Positions 1-15,000 of a stretch of DNA of 64,000 bases are shown piece by piece. Each line of letters opens with the position of its first letter. Positions within the stretch are counted from its first letter, which is position 1. Source of the stretch: Eledone cirrhosa (taxonomy: Eukaryota). The translations under genes were made by a program, and so were the position numbers. Below the pieces are notes generated by a model that saw only the letters and a list, made by a program, of their open reading frames with translations, was not told the origin of the DNA and did no database searches. The stretch is taken from positions 337,528,001 through 337,592,000 of the forward strand of contig OZ024742.1 of the NCBI GenBank assembly GCA_964016885.1, read 5' to 3'.

Positions 1-3000
1 TAGACATTGTCAGCTAGTCATGGTCCAGTAGACACTATATATGTGAAGACCAGACATTGTCAGCTAGTCATGGTCCAGAACACACTATATATGTGAAGAC
101 CAGACATTGTCAGCTAGTCATGGTCCAGAAGACACTATATATGTGAAGACCAGACATTGTCAGCTAGTCATGGTCCAGTAGACACTATATATGTGAAGAC
201 TAGACATTGTCAGCTAGTCATGGTCCAGAACACACTATATATGTAAAGACTAGACATTGTCAGCTAGTCATGGTCCAGAGGACACTATATATGTGAAGAC
301 CAGACACTGTCAGCTAGTCATGGTCCAGTAGACACTATATATGTGAAGTCTAGACATTGTCAGCTAGTCATGGTCCAGTAGACACTATATATGTGAAGAC
401 CAGACATTGTCAGCTAGTCATGATCTAGTTGACACTATATATGTGAAGACTAGACATTGTCAGCTAGTCATGGTCCAGAACACACTATATATGTGAAGAC
501 CAGACATTGTCAGCTAGTCATGGTCCAGAATACACTATGTATGTGAAGACTAGACATTGTCAGCTAGTCATGGTCCAGTAGACACTATATATGTGAAGAC
601 CAGACATTGTCAGCTAGTCATGGTCCAGAAGACACTATATATGTGAAGACCAGACATTGTCAGCTAGTCATGGTCCAGTAGACACTATATATGTGAAGAC
701 CAGACATTGTCAGCTAGTCATGATCTAGTAGACACTATATATGTGAAGACTAGACATTGTCAGCTAGTCATGGTCCAGAACACACTATATATGTGAAGAC
801 CAGACATTGTCAGCTAGTCATGGTCCAGAATACACTATGTATGTGAAGACTAGACATTGTCAGCTAGTCATGGTCCAGTAGACACTATATATGTGAAGAC
901 CAGACATTGTCAGCTAGTCATGGTCCAGAAGACACTATATATGTGAAGACCAGACATTGTCAGCTAGTCATGGTCCAGTAGACACTATATATGTGAAGAC
1001 CAGACATTGTCAGCTAGTCATGGTCTAGTAGACACTATATATGTGAAGACCAGACATTGTCAGCTAGTCATGGTCCAGAAGACACTATATATGTGAAGAC
1101 CAGACATTGCCAGCCAGTCATGGTCTAGTAGACACTATATATGTGAAGACCAGACATTGTCAGCTAGTCATGGTCCAGAACACACTATATATGTGAAGAC
1201 TAGACATTGTCAGCTAGTCATGGTCCAGTAGACACTATATATGTGAAGACCAGACATTGTCAGCTAGTCATGGTCCAGAACACACTATATATGTGAAGAT
1301 CAGACATTGTCAGCTAGTCATGGTCCAGAAGACACTATATATGTGAAGACCAGACATTGTCAGCTAGTCATGGTCCAGTAGACACTATATATGTGAAGAC
1401 TAGACATTGTCAGCTAGTCATGGTCCAGAACACACTATATATGTAAAGACTAGACATTGTCAGCTAGTCATGGTCCAGAGGACACTATATATGTGAAGAC
1501 CAGACACTGTCAGCTAGTCATGGTCCAGTAGACACTATATATGTGAAGTCTAGACATTGTCAGCTAGTCATGGTCCAGTAGACACTATATATGTGAAGAC
1601 CAGACATTGTCAGCTAGTCATGATCTAGTTGACACTATATATGTGAAGACTAGACATTGTCAGCTAGTCATGGTCCAGAACACACTATATATGTGAAGAC
1701 CAGACATTGTCAGCTAGTCATGGTCCAGAATACACTATGTATGTGAAGACTAGACATTGTCAGCTAGTCATGGTCCAGTAGACACTATATATGTGAAGAC
1801 CAGACATTGTCAGCTAGTCATGGTCCAGAAGACACTATATATGTGAAGACCAGACATTGTCAGCTAGTCATGGTCCAGTAGACACTATATATGTGAAGAC
1901 CAGACATTGTCAGCTAGTCATGGTCTAGTAGACACTATAAATGTGAAGACCAGACATTGTCAGCTAGTCATGGTCCAGAACACACTATATATGTGAAGAC
2001 TAGACATTGTCAGCTAGTCATGGTCCAGTAGACACTATATATGTGACAACCAGACATTGTCAGCTAGTCATGGTCCAGAACACACTATATATGTGAAGAC
2101 CAGACATTGTCAGCTAGTCATGGTCCAGAAGACACTATATATGTGAAGACCAGACATTGTCAGCTAGTCATGGTCCAGTAGACACTATATATGTGAAGAC
2201 CAGACATTGTCAGCTAGTCATGGTCTAGTAGACACTATATATGTGAAGACCAGACATTGTCAGCTAGTCATGGTCCAGAAGACACTATATATGTGAAGAC
2301 CAGACATTGTCAGCTAGTCATGGTCCAGTAGACACTATATATGTGAAGACCAGACATTGTCAGCTAGTCATGGTCTAGTAGACACTATATATGTGAAGAC
2401 CAGACATTGTCAGCTAGTCATGGTCCAGAAGACACTATATATGTGAAGACCAGACATTGCCAGCCAGTCATGGCCCAGAAGACACTATATGTGAAGACTA
2501 GACATTATCAGCTAGTCATGGTCCAGAAGACACTATATGTGTGAAGACCAGACATTGTCAGCTAGTCATGGTCCAGAAGACACTATATATTCGAAGACTA
2601 GACATTGTCAGCTAGTCATGGTCCAGAAGACACTATATATGTGAAGACTAGACATTGTCAGCTAGTCATGGTCCAGAAGACACTATATATGTGAAGACTA
2701 GACATTGTCAGCTAGTCATGGTCCAGTAGACACTATATATGTGAAGACTAGACATTGTCAGCTAGTCATGGTCCAGAAGACACTATATATGTGAAGACCA
2801 GACATTGTCAGCTAGTCATGGTCCAGAAGACACTATATATGTGAAGACCAGACATTGTCAGCTAGTCATGGTCCAGAAGACAATATATATGTGAAGACTA
2901 GACATTGTCAGCTAGTCATGGTCCAGAAGACACTATATATGTGAAGACCAGACATTGTCAGCTAGTCATGGTCCAGTAGACACTATATATGTGAAGACCA

Positions 3001-6000
3001 GACATTGTCAGTTAGTCATGGTCTAGTAGACACTATATATGTGAAGACCAGACATTGTCAGCTAGTCATGGTCCAGAAGACACTATATATGTGAAGACCA
3101 GACATTGTCAGCTAGTCATGGTCCAGAGGACACTATATATGTGGAGACCAGACATTGTCAGCTAGTCATGGTCTAGTAGACACTATATATGTGAAGACCA
3201 GACATTGTCAGCTGGTCATGGTCCAGAACACACTATATATGTGAAGACCAGACATTGTCAGCTAGTCATGGTCCAGAAGACACTATATATGTGAAGACCA
3301 GACATTGTCAGCTAGTCATGGTCCAGTAGACACTATATATGTGAAGACCAGACATTGTCAGTTAGTCATGGTCTAGTAGACACTATATATGTGAAGACCA
3401 GACATTATCAGCTAGTCATGGTCCAGAAGACACTATATATGTGAAGACCAGACATTGCCAGCCAGTCATGGTCTAGTAGACACTATATATGTGAAGACCA
3501 GACATTGTCAGCTAGTCATGGTCCAGAACACACTATATATGTGAAGACTAGACATTGTCAGCTAGTCATGGTCCAGTAGACACTATATATGTGAAGACCA
3601 GACATTGTCAGCTAGTCATGGTCCAGAAGACACTATATATGTGAAGACCAGACATTGTCAGCTAGTCATGGTCCAGTAGACACTATATATGTGAAGACCA
3701 GACATTGTCAGCTAGTCATGGTCCAGTAGACACTATATATGTGAAGACTAGACATTGTCAGCTAGTCATGGTCCAGTAGACACTATATATGTGAAGACCA
3801 GACATTGTCAGCTAGTAATGGGCCAGTAGACACTATATATGTGAAGACCAGACATTGTCAGCTAGTCATGGTCTAGTAGACACTATATATGTGAAGACTA
3901 GACATTGTCAGCTAGTCATGGTCCAGAACACACTATATATGTGAAGACCAGACATTGTCAGCTAGTCATGGTCCAGAAGACACTATGTATGTGAAGACTA
4001 GACATTGTCAGCTAGTCATGGTCCAGTAGACACTATATATGTGAAGACCAGACATTGTCAGCTAGTCATGGTCCAGAAGACACTATATATGTGAAGACTA
4101 GACATTGTCAGCTAGTCATGGTCCAGTAGACACTATATATGTGAAGACTAGACATTGTCAGCTAGTCATGGTCCAGTAGACACTATATATGTGAAGACCA
4201 GACATTGTCAGCTAGTCATGGTCCAGTAGAGACTATATATGTGAAGACTAGACATTGTCAGCTAGTCATGGTCCAGAACACACTATGTATGTGAAGACTA
4301 GACATTGTCAGCTACTCATGGTCCAGCAGACACTATGTATGTGAAGACTAGACATTGTCAGCTAGTCATGGTCCAGCAGACACTATATATGTGAAGACTA
4401 GACATTGTCAGCTAGTCATGGTCCAGAACACACTATGTATGTGAAGACCAGACATTGTCAGCTAGTCATGGTCCAGTAGACACTATATATGTGAAGACCA
4501 GACATTGTCAGCTAGTCATGGTCTAGTAGACACTATATATGTGAAGACCAGACATTGTCAGCTAGTCATGGTCCAGAAGACACTATATATGTGAAGACCA
4601 GACATTGTCAGCTAGTCATGGTCTAGTAGACACTATATACGTGAAGACCAGACATTGTCAGCTAGTCATGGTCCAGAACACACTATATATGTGAAGACTA
4701 GACATTGTCAGCTAGTCATGGTCCAGTAGACACTATATATGTGAAGACCAGACATTGTCAGCTAGTCATGGTCCAGAACACACTATATATGTGAAGACCA
4801 GACATTGTCAGCTAGTCATGGTCCAGAAGACACTATATATGTGAAGACCAGACATTGTCAGCTAGTCATGGTCCAGAACACACTATATATGTGAAGACCA
4901 GACGTTGTCAGCTAGTCATGGTCCAGAAGACACTATATATGTGAAGACCAGACATTGTCAGCTAGTCATGGTCCAGTAGACACTATATATGTGAAGACCA
5001 GACATTGTCAGATAGTCATGGTCTAGTAGACACTATATATGTGAAGACTAGACATTGTCAGCTAGTCATGGTCCAGAACACACTATATATGTGAAGACCA
5101 GACATTGTCAGCTAGTCATGGTCCAGAAGACACTATGTATGTGAAGACTAGACATTGTCAGCTAGTCATGGTCCAGTAGACACTATATATGTGAAGACCA
5201 GACATTGTCAGCTAGTCATGGTCCAGAAGACACTATATATGTGAAGACTAGACATTGTCAGCTAGTCATGGTCCAGTAGACACTATATATGTGAAGACTA
5301 TACATTGTCAGCTAGTCATGGTCCAGTAGACACTATATATGTGAAGACTAGACATTGTCAGCTAGTCATGGTCCAGTAGACACTATATGTGTGAAGACCA
5401 GACATTGTCAGCTAGTCATGGTCCAGAAGACACTATATATGTGAAGACCAGACATTGTCAGCTAGCCATGGTCCAGTAGACACTATATATGTGAAGACCA
5501 GACATTGTCAGCTAGTCATGGTCCAGTAGACACTATATATGTGAAGACTAGACATTGTCAGCTAGTCATGGTCCAGTAGACACTATATATGTGAAGACCA
5601 GACATTGTCAGCTAGTCATGGTCCAGTAGACACTATATATGTGAAGACTAGACATTGTCAGCTAGTCATGGTCCAGAACACACTATGTATGTGAAGACTA
5701 GACATTGTCAGCTAGTCATGGTCCAGCAGACACTATGTATGTGAAGACTAGACATTGTCAGCTAGTCATGGTCCAGCAGACACTATATATGTGAAGACTA
5801 GACATTGTCAGCTAGTCATGGTCCAGTAGACACTATATATATGAAGACTAGACATTGTCAGCTAGTCATGGTCCAGAAGACACTATATGTGAAGACTAGA
5901 CATTATCAGCTAGTCATGGTCCAGAAGACACTATATGTGTGAAGACCAGACATTGGCAGCTAGTCATGGTCCAGAAGACACTATATATTCGAAGACTAGA

Positions 6001-9000
6001 CATTGTCAGCTAGTCATGGTCCAGAAGACACTATATATGTGAAGACCAGACATTGTCAGCTAGTCATGGTCCAGAAGACAATATATATGTGAAGACTAGA
6101 CATTGTCAGCTAGTCATGGTCCAGAAGACACTATATATGTGAAGACCAGACATTGTCAGCTAGTCATGGTCCAGTAGACACTATATATGTGAAGACCAGA
6201 CATTGTCAGCTAGTCATGGTCCAGTAGACACTATATATGTGAAGACTAGACATTGTCAGCTAGTCATGGTCCAGTAGACACTATATATGTGAAGACCAGA
6301 CATTGTCAGCTAGTCATGGTCCAGTAGACACTATATATGTGAAGACTAGACATTGTCAGCTAGTCATGGTCCAGAAGACACTATATATGTGAAGACCAGA
6401 CATTGTCAGCTAGTCATGGTCCAGTAGACACTATATATGTGAAGACCAGACATTGTCAGCTAGTCATGGTCCAGTAGACACTATATATGTGAAGACTAGA
6501 CATTGTCAGCTAGTCATGGTCCAGTAGACACTATATATGTGAAGACCAGACATTGTCAGCTAGTCATTGTCCAGTAGACACTATATATGTGAAGACCAGA
6601 CATTGTCAGCTAGTCATGGTCTAGTAGACACTATATATGTGAAGAGTAGACATTGTCAGCTAGTCATGGTCCAGAACACACTATATATGTGAAGACCAGA
6701 CATTGTCAGCTAGTCATGGTCCAGAAGACACTATGTATGTGAAGACTAGACATTGTCAGCTAGTCATGGTCCAGTAGACACTATATATGTGAAGACCAGA
6801 CATTGTCAGCTAGTCATGGTCCAGAAGACACTATATATGTGAAGACTAGACATTGTCAGCTAGTCATGGTCCAGTAGACACTATATATGTGAAGACTAGA
6901 CATTGTCAGCTAGTCATGGTCCAGTAGACACTATATATGTGAAGACCAGACATTGTCAGCTAGTCATGGTCCAGTAGACACTATATATGTGAAGACTAGA
7001 CATTGTCAGCTAGTCATGGTCCAGAACACACTATGTATGTGAAGACTAGACATTGTCAGCTACTCATGGTCCAGCAGACACTATGTATGTGAAGACTAGA
7101 CATTGTCAGCTAGTCATGGTCCAGTAGACACTATATATGTGAAGACCAGACATTGTCAGCTAGTCATGGTCCAGCAGACACTATATATGTGAAGACTAGA
7201 CATTGTCAGCTAGTCATGGTCCAGAACACACTATGTATGTGAAGACCAGACATTGTCAGCTAGTCATGGTCCAGTAGACACTATATATGTGAAGACCAGA
7301 CATTGTCAGCTAGTCATGGTCTAGTAGACACTATATATGTGAAGACCAGACATTGTCAGCTAGTCATGGTCCAGAAGACACTATATATGTGAAGACCAGA
7401 CATTGTCAGCTAGTCATGGTCTAGTAGACACTATATACGTGAAGACCAGACATTGTCAGCTAGTTATGGTCCAGAACACACTATATATGTGAAGACTAGA
7501 CATTGTCAGCTAGTCATGGTCCAGTAGACACTATATATGTGAAGACCAGACATTGTCAGCTAGTCATGGTCCAGAAGACACTATATATGTGAAGACCAGA
7601 CATTGTCAGCTAGTCATGGTCCAGAAGACACTATATATGTGAAGACCAGACATTGTCAGCTAGTCATGGTCCAGTAGACACTATATATGTGAAGACCAGA
7701 CATTGTCAGCTAGTCATGGTCTAGTAGACACTATATATGTGAAGACCAGACATTGTCAGCTAGTCATGGTCCAGAAGACACTATATATGTGAAGACCAGA
7801 CATTGCCAGCCAGTCATGGTCTAGTAGACACTATATATGTGAAGACCAGACATTGTCAGCTAGTCATGGTCCAGAACACACTATATATGTGAAGACTAGA
7901 CATTGTCAGCTAGTCATGGTCCAGTAGACACTATATATGTGAAGACCAGACATTGTCAGCTAGTCATGGTCCAGAACACACTATATATGTGAAGACCAGA
8001 CGTTGTCAGCTAGTCATGGTCCAGAAGACACTATATATGTGAAGACCAGACATTGTCAGCTAGTCATGGTCCAGTAGACACTATATATGTGAAGACCAGA
8101 CATTGTCAGATAGTCATGGTCTAGTAGACACTATATATGTGAAGACTAGACATTGTCAGCTAGTCATGGTCCAGAACACACTATATATGTGAAGACCAGA
8201 CATTGTCAGCTAGTCATGGTCCAGAAGACACTATGTATGTGAAGACTAGACATTGTCAGCTAGTCATGGTCCAGTAGACACTATATATGTGAAGACCAGA
8301 CATTGTCAGCTAGTCATGGTCCAGAAGACACTATATATGTGAAGACTAGACATTGTCAGCTAGTCATGGTCCAGTAGACACTATATATGTGAAGACTAGA
8401 CATTGTCAGCTAGTCATGGTCCAGTAGACACTATATATGTGAAGACTAGACATTGTCAGCTAGTCATGGTCCAGTAGACACTATATGTGTGAAGACCAGA
8501 CATTGTCAGCTAGTCATGGTCCAGAAGACACTATATATGTGAAGACCAGACATTGTCAGCTAGTCATGGTCCAGTAGACACTATATATGTGAAGACCAGA
8601 CATTGTCAGCTAGTCATGGTCCAGTAGACACTATATATGTGAAGACTAGACATTGTCAGCTAGTCATGGTCCAGTAGACACTATATATGTGAAGACCAGA
8701 CATTGTCAGCTAGTCATGGTCCAGTAGACACTATATATGTGAAGACTAGACATTGTCAGCTAGTCATGGTCCAGAACACACTATGTATGTGAAGACTAGA
8801 CATTGTCAGCTAGTCATGGTCCAGCAGACACTATGTATGTGAAGACTAGACATTGTCAGCTAGTCATGGTCCAGCAGACACTATATATGTGAAGACTAGA
8901 CATTGTCAGCTAGTCATGGTCCAGTAGACACTATATATATGAAGACTAGACATTGTCAGCTAGTCATGGTCCAGAAGACACTATATGTGAAGACTAGACA

Positions 9001-12000
9001 TTATCAGCTAGTCATGGTCCAGAAGACACTATATGTGTGAAGACCAGACATTGGCAGCTAGTCATGGTCCAGAAGACACTATGTATGTGAAGACTAGACA
9101 TTGTCAGCTACTCATGGTCCAGCAGACACTATGTATGTGAAGACTAGACATTGTCAGCTAGTCATGGTCCAGTAGACACTATATATGTGAAGACCAGACA
9201 TTGTCAGCTAGTCATGGTCCAGCAGACACTATATATGTGAAGACTAGACATTGTCAGCTAGTCATGGTCCAGAACACACTATGTATGTGAAGACTAGACA
9301 TTGTCAGCTAGTCATGGTCCAGTAGACACTATATATGTGAAGACCAGACATTGTCAGCTAGTCATGGTCCAGAACACACTATATATGTGAAGACCAGACG
9401 TTGTCAGCTAGTCATGGTCCAGAAGACACTATATATGTGAAGACCAGACATTGTCAGCTAGTCATGGTCCAGTAGACACTATATATGTGAAGACCAGACA
9501 TTGTCAGATAGTCATGGTCTAGTAGACACTATATATGTGAAGACTAGACATTGTCAGCTAGTCATGGTCCAGAACACACTATATATGTGAAGACCAGACA
9601 TTGTCAGCTAGTCATGGTCCAGAAGACACTATGTATGTGAAGACTAGACATTGTCAGCTAGTCATGGTCCAGTAGACACTATATATGTGAAGACCAGACA
9701 TTGTCAGCTAGTCATGGTCCAGAAGACACTATATATGTGAAGACTAGACATTGTCAGCTAGTCATGGTCCAGTAGACACTATATATGTGAAGACTAGACA
9801 TTGTCAGCTAGTCATGGTCCAGTAGACACTATATATGTGAAGACTAGACATTGTCAGCTAGTCATGGTCCAGTAGACACTATATGTGTGAAGACCAGACA
9901 TTGTCAGCTAGTCATGGTCCAGAAGACACTATATATGTGAAGACCAGACATTGTCAGCTAGTCATGGTCCAGTAGACACTATATATGTGAAGACCAGACA
10001 TTGTCAGCTAGTCATGGTCCAGTAGACACTATATATGTGAAGACTAGACATTGTCAGCTAGTCATGGTCCAGTAGACACTATATATGTGAAGACCAGACA
10101 TTGTCAGCTAGTCATGGTCCAGTAGACACTATATATGTGAAGACTAGACATTGTCAGCTAGTCATGGTCCAGAACACACTATGTATGTGAAGACTAGACA
10201 TTGTCAGCTAGTCATGGTCCAGCAGACACTATGTATGTGAAGACTAGACATTGTCAGCTAGTCATGGTCCAGCAGACACTATATATGTGAAGACTAGACA
10301 TTGTCAGCTAGTCATGGTCCAGTAGACACTATATATATGAAGACTAGACATTGTCAGCTAGTCATGGTCCAGAAGACACTATATGTGAAGACTAGACATT
10401 ATCAGCTAGTCATGGTCCAGAAGACACTATATGTGTGAAGACCAGACATTGGCAGCTAGTCATGGTCCAGAAGACACTATGTATGTGAAGACTAGACATT
10501 GTCAGCTACTCATGGTCCAGCAGACACTATGTATGTGAAGACTAGACATTGTCAGCTAGTCATGGTCCAGTAGACACTATATATGTGAAGACCAGACATT
10601 GTCAGCTAGTCATGGTCCAGCAGACACTATATATGTGAAGACTAGACATTGTCAGCTAGTCATGGTCCAGAACACACTATGTATGTGAAGACCAGACATT
10701 GTCAGCTAGTCATGGTCCAGTAGACACTATATATGTGAAGACCAGACATTGTCAGCTAGTCATGGTCTAGTAGACACTATATATGTGAAGACCAGACATT
10801 GTCAGCTAGTCATGGTCCAGAAGACACTATATATGTGAAGACCAGACATTGTCAGCTAGTCATGGTCTAGTAGACACTATATACGTGAAGACCAGACATT
10901 GTCAGCTAGTTATGGTCCAGAACACACTATATATGTGAAGACTAGACATTGTCAGCTAGTCATGGTCCAGTAGACACTATATATGTGAAGACCAGACATT
11001 GTCAGCTAGTCATGGTCCAGAACACACTATATATGTGAAGACCAGACATTGTCAGCTAGTCATGGTCCAGAAGACACTATATATGTGAAGACCAGACATT
11101 GTCAGCTAGTCATGGTCCAGTAGACACTATATATGTGAAGACCAGACATTGTCAGCTAGTCATGGTCTAGTAGACACTATATATGTGAAGACCAGACATT
11201 GTCAGCTAGTCATGGTCCAGAAGACACTATATATGTGAAGACCAGACATTGCCAGCCAGTCATGGTCTAGTAGACACTATATATGTGAAGACCAGACATT
11301 GTCAGCTAGTCATGGTCCAGAACACACTATATATGTGAAGACTAGACATTGTCAGCTAGTCATGGTCCAGTAGACACTATATATGTGAAGACCAGACATT
11401 GTCAGCTAGTCATGGTCCAGAACACACTATATATGTGAAGACCAGACGTTGTCAGCTAGTCATGGTCCAGAAGACACTATATATGTGAAGACCAGACATT
11501 GTCAGCTAGTCATGGTCCAGTAGACACTATATATGTGAAGACCAGACATTGTCAGATAGTCATGGTCTAGTAGACACTATATATGTGAAGACTAGACATT
11601 GTCAGCTAGTCATGGTCCAGAACACACTATATATGTGAAGACCAGACATTGTCAGCTAGTCATGGTCCAGAAGACACTATGTATGTGAAGACTAGACATT
11701 GTCAGCTAGTCATGGTCCAGTAGACACTATATATGTGAAGACCAGACATTGTCAGCTAGTCATGGTCCAGAAGACACTATATATGTGAAGACTAGACATT
11801 GTCAGCTAGTCATGGTCCAGTAGACACTATATATGTGAAGACTAGACATTGTCAGCTAGTCATGGTCCAGTAGACACTATATATGTGAAGACTAGACATT
11901 GTCAGCTAGTCATGGTCCAGTAGACACTATATGTGTGAAGACCAGACATTGTCAGCTAGTCATGGTCCAGAAGACACTATATATGTGAAGACCAGACATT

Positions 12001-15000
12001 GTCAGCTAGTCATGGTCCAGTAGACACTATATATGTGAAGACCAGACATTGTCAGCTAGTCATGGTCCAGTAGACACTATATATGTGAAGACTAGACATT
12101 GTCAGCTAGTCATGGTCCAGTAGACACTATATATGTGAAGACCAGACATTGTCAGCTAGTCATGGTCCAGTAGACACTATATATGTGAAGACTAGACATT
12201 GTCAGCTAGTCATGGTCCAGAACACACTATGTATGTGAAGACTAGACATTGTCAGCTAGTCATGGTCCAGCAGACACTATGTATGTGAAGACTAGACATT
12301 GTCAGCTAGTCATGGTCCAGCAGACACTATATATGTGAAGACTAGACATTGTCAGCTAGTCATGGTCCAGTAGACACTATATATATGAAGACTAGACATT
12401 GTCAGCTAGTCATGGTCCAGAAGACACTATATGTGAAGACTAGACATTATCAGCTAGTCATGGTCCAGAAGACACTATATGTGTGAAGACCAGACATTGG
12501 CAGCTAGTCATGGTCCAGAAGACACTCTATATTCGAAGACTAGACATTGTCAGCTAGTCATGGTCCAGAAGACACTATATATGTGAAGACCAGACATTGT
12601 CAGCTAGTCATGGTCCAGTAGACACTATATATGTGAAGACCAGACATTGTCAGCTAGTCATGGTCCAGTAGACACTATATATGTGAAGACTAGACATTGT
12701 CAGCTAGTCATGGTCCAGTAGACACTATATATGTGAAGACCAGACATTGTCAGCTAGTCATGGTCCAGAAGACACTATATGTGTGAAGACCAGACATTGT
12801 CAGCTAGTCATGGTCCAGAAGACACTATATATGTGAAGACCAGACATTGTCAGCTAGTCATGGTCCAGTAGACACTATATATGTGAAGACCAGACATTGT
12901 CAGCTAGTCATGGTCCAGTAGACACTATATATGTGAAGACTAGACATTGTCAGCTAGTCATGGTCCAGTAGACACTATATATGTGAAGACCAGACATTGT
13001 CAGCTAGTCATGGTCCAGTAGACACTATATATGTGAAGACCAGACATTGTCAGCTAGTCATGGTCTAGTAGACACTATATATGTGAAGAGTAGACATTGT
13101 CAGCTAGTCATGGTCCAGAACACACTATATATGTGAAGACCAGACATTGTCAGCTAGTCATGGTCCAGAAGACACTATGTATGTGAAGACTAGACATTGT
13201 CAGCTAGTCATGGTCCAGTAGACACTATATATGTGAAGACAAGACATTGTCAGCTAGTCATGGTCCAGAAGACACTATATATGTGAAGACTAGACATTGT
13301 CAGCTAGTCATGGTCCAGTAGACACTATATATGTGAAGACTAGACATTGTCAGCTAGTCATGGTCCAGTAGACACTATATATGTGAAGACCAGACATTGT
13401 CAGCTAGTCATGGTCCAGTAGACACTATATATGTGAAGACTAGACATTGTCAGCTAGTCATGGTCCAGAACACACTATGTATGTGAAGACTAGACATTGT
13501 CAGCTACTCATGGTCCAGCAGACACTATGTATGTGAAGACTAGACATTGTCAGCTAGTCATGGTCCAGTAGACACTATATATGTGAAGACCAGACATTGT
13601 CAGCTAGTCATGGTCCAGCAGACACTATATATGTGAAGACTAGACATTGTCAGCTAGTCATGGTCCAGAACACACTATGTATGTGAAGACCAGACATTGT
13701 CAGCTAGTCATGGTCTAGTAGACACTATATATGTGAAGACTAGACATTGTCAGCTAGTCATGGTCCAGAACACACTATATATGTGAAGACCAGACATTGT
13801 CAGCTAGTCATGGTCCGGAAGACACTATGTATGTGAAGACTAGACATTGTCAGCTAGTCATGGTCCAGTAGACACTATATATGTGAAGACCAGACATTGT
13901 CAGCTAGTCATGGTCCAGAAGACACTATATATGTGAAGACTAGACATTGTCAGCTAGTCATGGTCCAGTAGACACTATATATGTGAAGACTATACATTGT
14001 CAGCTAGTCATGGTCCAGTAGACACTATATATGTGAAGACTAGACATTGTCAGCTAGTCATGGTCCAGTAGACACTATATGTGTGAAGACCAGACATTGT
14101 CAGCTAGTCATGGTCCAGAAGACACTATATATGTGAAGACCAGACATTGTCAGCTAGCCATGGTCCAGTAGACACTATATATGTGAAGACCAGACATTGT
14201 CAGCTAGTCATGGTCCAGTAGACACTATATATGTGAAGACTAGACATTGTCAGCTAGTCATGGTCCAGTAGACACTATATATGTGAAGACCAGACATTGT
14301 CAGCTAGTCATGGTCCAGTAGACACTATATATGTGAAGACTAGACATTGTCAGCTAGTCATGGTCCAGAACACACTATGTATGTGAAGACTAGACATTGT
14401 CAGCTAGTCATGGTCCAGCAGACACTATGTATGTGAAGACTAGACATTGTCAGCTAGTCATGGTCCAGCAGACACTATATATGTGAAGACTAGACATTGT
14501 CAGCTAGTCATGGTCCAGTAGACACTATATATATGAAGACTAGACATTGTCAGCTAGTCATGGTCCAGAAGACACTATATGTGAAGACTAGACATTGTCA
14601 GCTAGTCATGGTCCAGAAGACACTATATGTGTGAAGACCAGACATTGGCAGCTAGTCATGGTCCAGAAGACACTATATATTCGAAGACTAGACATTGTCA
14701 GCTAGTCATGGTCCAGAAGACACTATATATGTGAAGACCAGACATTGTCAGCTAGTCATGGTCCAGAAGACAATATATATGTGAAGACTAGACATTGTCA
14801 GCTAGTCATGGTCCAGAAGACACTATATATGTGAAGACCAGACATTGTCAGCTAGTCATGGTCCAGTAGACACTATATATGTGAAGACCAGACATTGTCA
14901 GCTAGTCATGGTCCAGTAGACACTATATATGTGAAGACTAGACATTGTCAGCTAGTCATGGTCCAGTAGACACTATATATGTGAAGACCAGACATTGTCA

